Below are positions 9,374 to 17,973 of a stretch of DNA of 64,000 nucleotides, in pieces. A program made the translations under genes and the position numbers. The stretch is from an uncultured Christensenella sp. (GTDB lineage Bacteria > Bacillota > Clostridia > Christensenellales > UBA3700), in contig CAJTPC010000001.1 in assembly GCA_910578245.1 (NCBI GenBank), positions 91,603 through 155,602 of the forward strand, given 5' to 3'. Numbering within the stretch: position 1 is the first letter of the stretch; the number at the start of each line of letters is the position of its first letter. Below the pieces are notes generated by a model. That model worked only from the letters and a program-made list of their open reading frames with translations, did not search any database and was not told the origin of the DNA.

Positions 9374-10370
9374 AAGTCTTTCCTATAAGATGTGTTATTG
9401 CTAAATCAAGAGCATTTTCCGAAGATATTTTTCCGCTCTTGAAATTGTATTCCAGTTGATAAAGATAATACACGGTTTCCTTGAGTTTTGTCAGAAATCC
9501 GCTAACTCTGCGTTTTGCCTCATCAATCTTCTTTCTCGTCATAAACAGCGCGCCTTTCTTCATTCCAAGCCTTTCGCACAAAAACTCCTCATCGCCATCG
9601 TTTGTCATTATGGCAAACATACGCTTGTATGTCAACGTAATCGTTGCAAGTATCGAGTTTGGCTTGTCGCCTCTACTCAAAAGCACGCCTATAATCCCCA
9701 TAGCCTTGTCGTATTTGCCGTCTTGTATTGCATATATGAATTCAAATACTTGAGTTTCGGTATCCGTAGCCACAACGTTGTCTATCACCTGTCTGTCTAT
9801 CTCTATTTCGCTTCCTGCGTAAAGCATGAGTTTGTTTATCTCATTGTTTATCTTGCCAAAGTCTTTGTTGCATCTATTGACAATTTCGGAAAGCGCCGAT
9901 TTATCGTATTTGACCTTATAAAAATTAAAGAGCGTCTGTATATAATTGACGTAATCAAGCAATCCTAATTTGTTGCAATCTACGTCAACAACATATTGGT
10001 TTATTGCATTTCTAATAGTAGGACAATTCACAAGTATCAGAATATTGCCCTCGATCGTGTTGTCAACGTAGTCAAGCCAGTTTTCCGTCTCTTGCATAGT
10101 GAGTTTTTTATTGAAGTCCTTGACTATTACAAGCCGTCTGTCGCCAAACATAGACGGATAGGATAGCGATGCTATAACGTCGTCTTGACTTATATCATTG
10201 CCTTCGAACTTCTGTACGCAATACTCTCTCGTATCTGCCGGTATAAGCGCGTAAAACTTCTCCAAAGCAAACAAAATCATACCCTCGTCGTCGCCCGTAA
10301 GCGCGTAGACGTCGGATATATTCGTCTTAAAAGTTTGTTTGAGTTGAAGCGCCTGCATCAATACCTCCAA
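9363..10370 (-). CDS. holA: DNA polymerase III delta subunit
   Basis: 335 aa, immediately downstream of and overlapping comEC, which is the conserved comEC-holA arrangement in Bacillota. The general N-terminal layout fits. Assigned mainly by synteny and size. Confidence 0.65.
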   Translation of the reverse strand: MEVLMQALQLKQTFKTNISDVYALTGDDEGMILFALEKFYALIPADTREYCVQKFEGNDISQDDVIASLSYPSMFGDRRLVIVKDFNKKLTMQETENWLDYVDNTIEGNILILVNCPTIRNAINQYVVDVDCNKLGLLDYVNYIQTLFNFYKVKYDKSALSEIVNRCNKDFGKINNEINKLMLYAGSEIEIDRQVIDNVVATDTETQVFEFIYAIQDGKYDKAMGIIGVLLSRGDKPNSILATITLTYKRMFAIMTNDGDEEFLCERLGMKKGALFMTRKKIDEAKRRVSGFLTKLKETVYYLYQLEYNFKSGKISSENALDLAITHLIGKTYAK

Positions 10371-12511
10371 GAGCTTTGGACTTTTATTTTATCATTTTTT
10401 ATTTCAAATGTAAACGTACTTGGCACGCAATTTTTGACGGAATTGTCAAAACCTGCATCGCATACTATATATTTTCCCTCCGTGTCACCGCTAATTAGGT
10501 TGTAAGAGACGAGAATATCGTAATTACCCTCACTTACATAGTAATCGCTTGCCAAAATTCTCAAAGTAATTCCGCCCGATACGATATCTAAAGTTCCGTA
10601 GTTAAGATAACCTATTGTCAGTCCGGATTCTACAACCGATGTTCCAACGTAAATTCCGTTAGACGCGTTACCCGATCTGTTGGAACTGTAGACGTAAGGA
10701 CAATTGGTATACATTTGCAACTTTTCCAAATAATAATCATCCACATCGCCTACAACTATTATTCCGTCAATCTTGGTAAATTTATTCTCTCTCATAGCGT
10801 TTAGCACACTCGATACGCTGTCACTGCTTGTTTTTTCATCGATTATTAGATACTCCCCGCCAAACGCATTATCAACCAGTATGTATTGACAGTCGTACTT
10901 GTCGGTAAAACAGTAAATATAGAGATTATTCGAGCCCCAAATTCTAATAGACGTTGTTACTGTAAATATCATGGCTATGGCAAATACCGATACGGCTATC
11001 TTCTTAAAATTTTTGTGAACAAAGGCGTATTTGGATAGAATCACTGCGCTCATTAAACCAATAAAAATTATTATTGCATTCGCGTTAAAATTAATTAAGA
11101 GCGTAGGCAATTTACTTATCCATTCAATTATCGTTATTAAAAGCGTGAACAACCCGGCAACTATTGTCACAAGCCAACCCATAAATGGGCAAATCGAAGC
11201 TAAAATTACACACAAAAGATATATTGGGAAAAGCGCTGCAAGTACAGGCAAAATTATAAGATTAGCTATAATAAAGAGCAAGGTTTCGCCATTGAAAAAA
11301 TACATCATCAACGGAAGAAGCAAAATATTGACGGATATTGATGTGGACAACAATGCGCTAATCATTTTGGGAAACTTAATCTTTCTAAACAGACCATTAA
11401 TAGGTTTGTAAAACGCAAGTATGCCAAACACCGCAAGAAAACTCATCAAATATCCAATATCAAACAAGAATATAGGGTCAAATAATAAAATCAAGCTCGC
11501 AACCAACGACATACTTGAAATTCCGTCGTTGCGCATACCCAACGTCTTTGCAAGCATGAGCATAAAGGTCATTATGCTTGCTCTGACTGTAGATGGCGGA
11601 AATCCGCACAGCGCGCTGAATGTCAAAAGGACTATGGTCATTACTGCAATTCGCGCGATGCGATTATTCAACTTTATCTTCTTGAATATCCAAAGTATAC
11701 CGCCCGCAATTATTCCAATATGTAATCCCGATATAGCAAATACGTGCGCCGTTCCCGTATAACTGAAATTGTTTTTGATTTGACTGCTCAGTCCGCTCTT
11801 ATCGCCAAAAGTCATGGCGTACAAAAATCCTGCCGTATCGCTTCTCGTGTTGGAATAAAGAACGCTTTTGACTCTAATCTTTATTCTATCCATTAGATTC
11901 ATTCCTGACGACACCTTGTAAAAACAAAAATTATCATCGTCGAAATTTACTCTGCAATAGATATAATGATAAAGTTTGTTGCGAAAATCGAGAACGCTAT
12001 AAGAATCCTCTACTACGAGATTTTGCGGAGCAATATTGCCCCTGAACTTTATCCTATCGCCTATCTTGTATCCTTCTAAGATAGCTTTGTCGGAAAATAC
12101 TGCAATTGCCTTGCCATTTATTTCTCTGCCATCGACAATTATGTTGCTTAAACATACTTCTAAAACGTCATTGTCTGTCGGAACTTGCAAAACTCCATTT
12201 TCATCGCACTCCGTAAGTATATCTATATCGGCTTCAATCAGAGAATTCTCCGAATAAATTTCTCTGTTCTCTATCCTGACATAAGTCATAGTTGTCAAAC
12301 CTAAGAACAGTAAAAATGTGAAAATACAAACTATTACTTTTGGTCTTGCTTTCTTGAATTTCTTAATAAATATTGCAGATAATAGCGCAATTACCGCCAG
12401 AATTGCAATTACTAGAATTGTAGAACTGCTACAAAAAGTGATTGCCAAAATTGCCAATACTATGCTCAATAAAATCAACGGAGCAATTCTAAAATTAAAA
12501 GGTCTTTTCAT
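10358..12511 (-). CDS. comEC: ComEC/Rec2 DNA internalisation channel protein
   Basis: Polytopic membrane protein with the competence-domain motif GTAHVFAISGLHIGII and an N-terminal OB-like region. The C-terminal domain lacks all histidines (see findings). Confidence 0.8.
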   Translation of the reverse strand: MKRPFNFRIAPLILLSIVLAILAITFCSSSTILVIAILAVIALLSAIFIKKFKKARPKVIVCIFTFLLFLGLTTMTYVRIENREIYSENSLIEADIDILTECDENGVLQVPTDNDVLEVCLSNIIVDGREINGKAIAVFSDKAILEGYKIGDRIKFRGNIAPQNLVVEDSYSVLDFRNKLYHYIYCRVNFDDDNFCFYKVSSGMNLMDRIKIRVKSVLYSNTRSDTAGFLYAMTFGDKSGLSSQIKNNFSYTGTAHVFAISGLHIGIIAGGILWIFKKIKLNNRIARIAVMTIVLLTFSALCGFPPSTVRASIMTFMLMLAKTLGMRNDGISSMSLVASLILLFDPIFLFDIGYLMSFLAVFGILAFYKPINGLFRKIKFPKMISALLSTSISVNILLLPLMMYFFNGETLLFIIANLIILPVLAALFPIYLLCVILASICPFMGWLVTIVAGLFTLLITIIEWISKLPTLLINFNANAIIIFIGLMSAVILSKYAFVHKNFKKIAVSVFAIAMIFTVTTSIRIWGSNNLYIYCFTDKYDCQYILVDNAFGGEYLIIDEKTSSDSVSSVLNAMRENKFTKIDGIIVVGDVDDYYLEKLQMYTNCPYVYSSNRSGNASNGIYVGTSVVESGLTIGYLNYGTLDIVSGGITLRILASDYYVSEGNYDILVSYNLISGDTEGKYIVCDAGFDNSVKNCVPSTFTFEIKNDKIKVQSSWRY

Positions 12512-12543
12512 TTATTTTAGCTTTAGTAAATTAAATCTTTCCT

Positions 12544-13077
12544 TTAGTCTTTTAGAAACACTTCCTCGTACAAATTTATGGCATTATTTATGGACTCTAT
12601 AGCCTCATCTCTACCCGACAACTCAAGAACTTCCATTTTCTTGCCCTCAAGCTGCTTATATACTCCAAAAAAGTGTTTCATTTCTTCTATAATGTGTGGC
12701 GGAAGCTGACTGACGTCTTTGTATCCGTTCCAGTTTGGGTCCTTGAACGGAACCGCCAAAATCTTGATATCCTCCGCGCCATCGTCAATCATGGCGATTT
12801 GGCCTATCGGATAACACCTCACTAACGACAACGGAGCTATCTCCTCACTGCATATGACCAGCACGTCCAACGGGTCGCCATCGTCTGCATAGGTACGCGG
12901 AATAAATCCGTAATTGGCAGGATAATGCGTAGCCGTATAAAGTATTCTATCCAAAACAAGCATACCCGTCTGCTTGTCGACTTCATACTTGTTCTTACAT
13001 CCCTTAGGAATTTCAATACAAGCTATAAAATCTTCGCTGGCAATTCTGTCTTTGCTTATTTCATGCCAAATATTCAT
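12544..13077 (-). CDS. ppa: Inorganic pyrophosphatase, family I
   Basis: Motifs IEIPKGCKNKYEVD, DGDPLDVLV and DDGAEDIKILAV. 177 aa. Confidence 0.9.
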   Translation of the reverse strand: MNIWHEISKDRIASEDFIACIEIPKGCKNKYEVDKQTGMLVLDRILYTATHYPANYGFIPRTYADDGDPLDVLVICSEEIAPLSLVRCYPIGQIAMIDDGAEDIKILAVPFKDPNWNGYKDVSQLPPHIIEEMKHFFGVYKQLEGKKMEVLELSGRDEAIESINNAINLYEEVFLKD

Positions 13078-13239
13078 ACTTTCCGTTCCCCAAACGCATT
13101 TTTAATATTGTACTATATCTTTTATGATAAATCTATAATTTTTTGAACATTTCTCATTATTTTTTTATTTTTTTGATTGCAAATGCCCAAATTGTATGCT
13201 AATATAATAAAGCAATAAGCAATTTAACCGCAAAATTAT

Positions 13240-13326
13240 GCCGAAGTGGTGGAATTGGCAGACGCGCCGGACTCAAAATCCGGTGATGGCGACATCGTGC
13301 GGGTTCAAGTCCCGCCTTCGGCACCA
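13240..13326 (+). tRNA. tRNA-Leu (anticodon CAA), class II with long variable arm, CCA encoded
   Basis: GCCGAAG acceptor pairs with CTTCGGC. Anticodon stem CCGGA/TCCGG with loop CTCAAAA. T-arm GGTTCAAGTCC. 87 nt. Confidence 0.9.
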
Positions 13327-13353
13327 TAGTTAAGAAGTCGCGTCTTAGTGAGA

Positions 13354-13393
13354 AATAGAAAGTGAGATGGCTTACAATCTCACTTTTTCTATT
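13354..13393 (+). terminator. Long hairpin just downstream of tRNA-Leu(CAA)
   Basis: AATAGAAAGTGAGAT, 8-nt loop, ATCTCACTTTTTCTATT. A T-run sits in the 3' arm. Confidence 0.5.
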
Positions 13394-13696
13394 CGCCAGA
13401 TCTATGTGACTTTTTTTCATAGTTGTGACATAGGGATACCGAATTTGTGACGCTTGCACAAGACGCTACTAACTTGCTCGCTATTCCGTTGCTATCGCTC
13501 CTTACAAATCCCTACCTCTAGCGCCACCTTAGCACACGCAAAAGAAACTCCAAAGTGCGTGTTATTTATATTTCAAGCACTTTGAGTATCAAAATCCTTT
13601 TTGTTCATTCAACTATCACCTGCAACAACACTTTTCCACTGCTCCAAAAAATCTATCGCCATTGTACAATAAGGATTTTCCTATATGTTATAATTT

Positions 13697-14272
13697 TTAA
13701 ATGAATTGCTTTATTAATTCTTGGCTTAAAGCCGACAATGACCAAAGTTGTCCCATAGCACTATACTCAAAATTTTGTGTAATAGTATTCCATTGCATAA
13801 ATCCAAGTAAATGCGTCATTTCTTCCCCATGATTTTTTCTTCGGATAATTTTTGAGACATCTTCATCTGATGAAAGAATCGCTGACAAACGGCTACTTGC
13901 TCCATTATCTATATTAATTAGAAGCCCAAATTTAGCATTAGAAACCACATTGTATCCAAGTAATTGCGACCATTCCGCTAATCCTACAGATTCACGCAAT
14001 TTAACTTCTAAAATTACTATTTCAAATTTTTCCCCATTTGTTATGATTCCAAATATATCTAAATTCAAAGGATACATATTCCTACTATATGTCTTCATAC
14101 ATTGACACTTTTCGGGATGCTCCTCAATTAGCTCTTTGATTTTTGTAGTTAACTCTCCACTCTTCCAATATATCTCGATATCTTTAATGCCTTTAGCCGC
14201 AAAATTACTTTTAAGTTGAGCCTCAATAAATCTCGTAATCTCAGGATAATGTGCTATTTCATTTTTCTTCAT
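13697..14272 (-). CDS. PD-(D/E)xK-type nuclease candidate (191 aa), last gene of the methyltransferase operon
   Basis: The motif LNLDIFGIITNGEKFEIVILEVKL fits D...(D/E)xK. It overlaps the upstream gene by 4 nt. Confidence 0.55.
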   Translation of the reverse strand: MKKNEIAHYPEITRFIEAQLKSNFAAKGIKDIEIYWKSGELTTKIKELIEEHPEKCQCMKTYSRNMYPLNLDIFGIITNGEKFEIVILEVKLRESVGLAEWSQLLGYNVVSNAKFGLLINIDNGASSRLSAILSSDEDVSKIIRRKNHGEEMTHLLGFMQWNTITQNFEYSAMGQLWSLSALSQELIKQFI

Positions 14273-15663
14273 TTAAGATCATCCTCTATTATTTGTCTAA
14301 CTTTTAATTTATAAGTGTTGTTATCATCATAAGAAATAAGGTTTTTATAAACATTTGGATTATTAGGGCCTATCAAAACCGAATATCCATTCATAGAAAA
14401 ATACATAGGTGTCAAAATATCTGGTAAATTGCACTTAACTTTTGCTTGAGGATTGCGCTCTAAATACGAGATTATGATTTGCTCCTCCGAGCCCTTTGGT
14501 CTTAATCCATTAAGTTGACCTGTATCGGCAGCAATTAAAAATGCTATTGCCCGAATTATTTTTGATACTGGATAACCTGAATTAATTCCATTGCCCCACA
14601 TTAGGTGAGAGTCATTCTTACTATTTAGGATTGTTGAAATAGTAAGTTCCTCTTGTCTATAGGTACGGTTTTTAAATAATGGATCGGCATTGATTATTGA
14701 TTCGATATCATTATCCGTTCCTTTCACCATAATAGGGAAAGGATTTATATAATTTTCGGCTTTACACAAGATCTTTCTTACTTCGGAGTATGGAGCATGC
14801 TCACAACCTAAAACTGCGCAAACATGCTTATTATGTATATAATGTCCGCCTCTAATGTCAGTTGGTAATAATGAACTGTTTTCATCACTATGAACACAAG
14901 ACATTGATGGGCTTTTTATCTCTCGATCTTCACAAGGTATGGCTACATTAATTTGGCTTTCCAACTCAATATTCTGTTTTATAGAGGTGGCTTTAGATGC
15001 AAAAGCGAAAGCCCCAAATTTGTCATATTGATCCAAATACACTCTCAATTTAAAGCCCTTTTTCCATCTTTTATCATAAGGATTCATTCCACAATGAAAA
15101 TTAGGATGATTCCATAGAATCTGGTCTGGATAACATTTAATACTATGAAGCAACTTACATAATGCACAAACAAAGTGATACTCAAACCCATTAATCTCAA
15201 ATGAAATCATTTGCTTATCATCAGTAAATCTTCGATGCGATTGTTTAGTACTGCCAATTGTATCAGCAAGTCCGGCAATAAACCGCCGTTTTAAATTATC
15301 ATCAACGAGTGCCGGGACAATATTATTTATATTTGCAGTTTTTCTAATCTCCCCCTCACATACTATATCGTAAGATTCTAATTCAGCCCGCAATTCAGTT
15401 AAATCGCCTTCACATAATATATTCCACTCGCCACTAGTAACTGTATCATATGAAATTGATAGTCCATAAATTGCACGAAAATAAGGACTTACAACTTTCA
15501 TAACATCTTTTGATATTTGCCCTGCACGCAGAGGATTTGACTCATAAGACCCCCACTGTTTATACGGCAGTCTAATACGGAATACATCTTCTGCATCTCC
15601 CCAAATTCCACCACCTATTATCAATCCTAAAAGATACGCTCTATCTGAATCCATATTGATCAT
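14269..15663 (-). CDS. LAGLIDADG-like two-motif protein with an extra C-terminal domain (464 aa)
   Basis: AYLLGLIIGGGI lies at residues 9-20 and RFIAGLADTIGS at residues 127-138. The ~117-aa spacing fits single-chain LAGLIDADG enzymes. The canonical acidic residues are not in the expected positions. Coupled to both neighbours by 4-nt overlaps. Confidence 0.5.
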   Translation of the reverse strand: MINMDSDRAYLLGLIIGGGIWGDAEDVFRIRLPYKQWGSYESNPLRAGQISKDVMKVVSPYFRAIYGLSISYDTVTSGEWNILCEGDLTELRAELESYDIVCEGEIRKTANINNIVPALVDDNLKRRFIAGLADTIGSTKQSHRRFTDDKQMISFEINGFEYHFVCALCKLLHSIKCYPDQILWNHPNFHCGMNPYDKRWKKGFKLRVYLDQYDKFGAFAFASKATSIKQNIELESQINVAIPCEDREIKSPSMSCVHSDENSSLLPTDIRGGHYIHNKHVCAVLGCEHAPYSEVRKILCKAENYINPFPIMVKGTDNDIESIINADPLFKNRTYRQEELTISTILNSKNDSHLMWGNGINSGYPVSKIIRAIAFLIAADTGQLNGLRPKGSEEQIIISYLERNPQAKVKCNLPDILTPMYFSMNGYSVLIGPNNPNVYKNLISYDDNNTYKLKVRQIIEDDLK

Positions 15664-16697
15664 TTCTCCTCAAAAACTTGTTGCATGATCTCTGTGGCCA
15701 TCACATTAGCAAGCCTAGGCGGAACAGCGTTTCCTATAACCTTATACATAGCTGTAATGTTTTTTAATCCATCATCGTTAAATATGAAATCATCGGGAAA
15801 TGTTTGAATCCTTGCAACCTCTCTTATCGTAAAACGTCTATTTTCAGTTGGATGTATAATTCCACAGTTTTCGGGTTGCGCAGAAGCCGTTATTGTTCCT
15901 GCTATCTCTTCTCTCGAAAAACGTCTATAGAATTTAGGTGAATGATATTTCTTCATATCATCTCTAATTCTCTTAAATCTTGGTGCAAGATGTTCGTATG
16001 GCACATCTTTCCATGAACCACCTTCTGGAATATACTCTATCATTTCCAAAGCTTGAGGTGAAAGTGGCCAATGCACCTGATTTGGGATATCTTCTTCTAT
16101 ATTCAAGATATATTTTAATGCAAGTCCGTTCCTAGATTGTTTCTTAGGAAATCTAAATACCCTATTCAAATCTTTTCTAATGCCAACGAATAGAACCCTT
16201 TGCCGATTTTGAGGAACTCCATAATCCGCTGCATTAACCAGTTGATATTCTACATTATAACCGATATCATTTATTGTCGACAAGTCTTCTTTTATTACCA
16301 AAGCTAAATCACGTCCATCAATATATTTGGTTGACAATAATCCCTTTACATTTTCAAAAACAATTACTTTTGGCATCTTTTCACCAATTATACGTAAACA
16401 TTCTTTATATAACATTCCTCTTGAATCATGAACGCCTTTACGCTTTCCTGCGTTTGAAAATGGCTGACATGGAAACCCTGCTGTCAATATATCACAGTCA
16501 GGAATATCATTTTCGCTAACAGTCATGATATCTCTACCATCAATATCGCCTAAATTTAATTTATGTATTGCTTGTGCATCCTTGTCAAAGTCATTAGCCC
16601 ATATAATATCAAAACCTGCTTGTCTAAAACCAAGGTCTAATCCACCGCAACCAGAAAAAAGCGATACCATCTTAGGTTTGTTTCCATTAACTTTCAT
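15660..16697 (-). CDS. DNA (cytosine-5)-methyltransferase
   Basis: Motifs I FSGCGGLDLGF, IV GFPCQPFS, VI ENVKGL, VIII QNRQRVLFVG, X GNAVPPRLA. Confidence 0.9.
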   Translation of the reverse strand: MKVNGNKPKMVSLFSGCGGLDLGFRQAGFDIIWANDFDKDAQAIHKLNLGDIDGRDIMTVSENDIPDCDILTAGFPCQPFSNAGKRKGVHDSRGMLYKECLRIIGEKMPKVIVFENVKGLLSTKYIDGRDLALVIKEDLSTINDIGYNVEYQLVNAADYGVPQNRQRVLFVGIRKDLNRVFRFPKKQSRNGLALKYILNIEEDIPNQVHWPLSPQALEMIEYIPEGGSWKDVPYEHLAPRFKRIRDDMKKYHSPKFYRRFSREEIAGTITASAQPENCGIIHPTENRRFTIREVARIQTFPDDFIFNDDGLKNITAMYKVIGNAVPPRLANVMATEIMQQVFEEK

Positions 16698-17021
16698 TTT
16701 CTCTTTCCTTATATTTTGCGAAATATATTCACATATTAATATTTTGTAACTCTACAAGTATAAATCATATATTTGTCACTAAATTACTTTTTGGTTATGT
16801 AACCAAAGACAATATATTATTAATATTATTTTATCATTAATATAATTAAAAGTCAAAAATATAGGAACCAATAAATATCTGTTTTTAAAAAGTTATCTAT
16901 TAAAAACTAAAACTATGCATTTTTTACTTCCATACTGTGTAAATATTTAGACATAAAATTCAAGTCCCGACTTCGGCTATGCCTTAAAAAAATCCTTTTT
17001 GTTCATCACGCACAATATTAG

Positions 17022-17049
17022 AAAGGCTCACGCAAGTGAGCCTTTTTTT
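17022..17049. terminator. Rho-independent terminator, probably the original tRNA-Leu(CAA) flank
   Basis: AAAGGCTCAC, loop GCAA, GTGAGCCTTT, then TTTT. Confidence 0.65.
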
Positions 17050-17077
17050 GCGGCGTGAAGAGCAGGAGCGCCGAATT

Positions 17078-17863
17078 TTACTGCTTTTTAAGTTCAACTA
17101 GAGCGCCATAGTGTAGAATATCAAATTCATTAGGAGCAATACGTTCAAGTAGCGCTCTATGTTCCTGCTCCCACTTCTCTATCTCTTCCTCGGAAAGCGA
17201 GGCGCCGATTCCACGACAAGCCTTCATTCTACCGTTCCAACTTTCACGAGTAAACGGTACTCTTAAAGTAAATTCCTCGTGATAAACGAGTTCAAAGTTT
17301 TCTTTGTAACAATCGGGTACGTCTATCGGGCGTTTCGTCTCTCCTGCGCCACTCCAATTCGGATTATATTTTAATACAAGGTTTTCACTCGCGCCTGCTA
17401 TCTTATCTTCAAACGGCAACCACGCCATATATAAAATAAGAATTACCCCACCTCGTTTGAGCATACGATAAAGTTTAGGCATAACGGTTTTATGGTCAAA
17501 ATACCAAAAACATTGACAAGCTGTAATTACGTCAAAAGAATTATCGGGAAAACTTAGGTCTTCCGTCGCTAATGTGTGATAATCTATATTCAAACCCTTT
17601 GAAAGGATTTTGGCTTGCTTTATTTGATTTTCTGAAATATCCAGAGCCGTCCACTTTGCTCCATATTGATACATGTTTCTAGGAAGCACTCCCGTACCCG
17701 TTCCAATATCAAGGACAGATTGTCCGCTCACGCATAACTTTCGGTCAATGATCTTTTGATAAAACTCTTTTGGATAGATATCTCGGAACTTCGCATAATC
17801 CAAAGACGTACGCCCCCAATCAAACGGCTTGCCCCCGTCTATATCTTTATTCGTTTTCTTCAT
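17078..17863 (-). CDS. Class I SAM-dependent methyltransferase
   Basis: Motif I VLDIGTGTGVL, followed by an acidic residue (ALDISENQI). 261 aa. Confidence 0.75.
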   Translation of the reverse strand: MKKTNKDIDGGKPFDWGRTSLDYAKFRDIYPKEFYQKIIDRKLCVSGQSVLDIGTGTGVLPRNMYQYGAKWTALDISENQIKQAKILSKGLNIDYHTLATEDLSFPDNSFDVITACQCFWYFDHKTVMPKLYRMLKRGGVILILYMAWLPFEDKIAGASENLVLKYNPNWSGAGETKRPIDVPDCYKENFELVYHEEFTLRVPFTRESWNGRMKACRGIGASLSEEEIEKWEQEHRALLERIAPNEFDILHYGALVELKKQ

Positions 17864-17973
17864 ACCAAATCTCCGTAATTACTATTTTATCTAAATATTA
17901 AAATTATACAATGATTTACAGTAGGAATCAAAAGGAACGTACAAATTAGTCCAAAAGCGTGCGCTTTTCATTC

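Larger units (their letters stand above)
13327..16977. mobile_element. Putative integrated island at tRNA-Leu(CAA); restriction-modification-like cargo, no integrase visible
   Basis: The tRNA 3' end TTCAAGTCCCGCCTTCGGC (13304-13322) is repeated as TTCAAGTCCCGACTTCGGC at 16959-16977. The 18-mer AAAATCCTTTTTGTTCAT occurs at 13591-13608 and 16989-17006. Confidence 0.6.

Noticed and set aside
13199-13459. The 86-aa minus-strand ORF
   Set aside because: It overlaps tRNA-Leu(CAA) and its terminator hairpin. Spurious.
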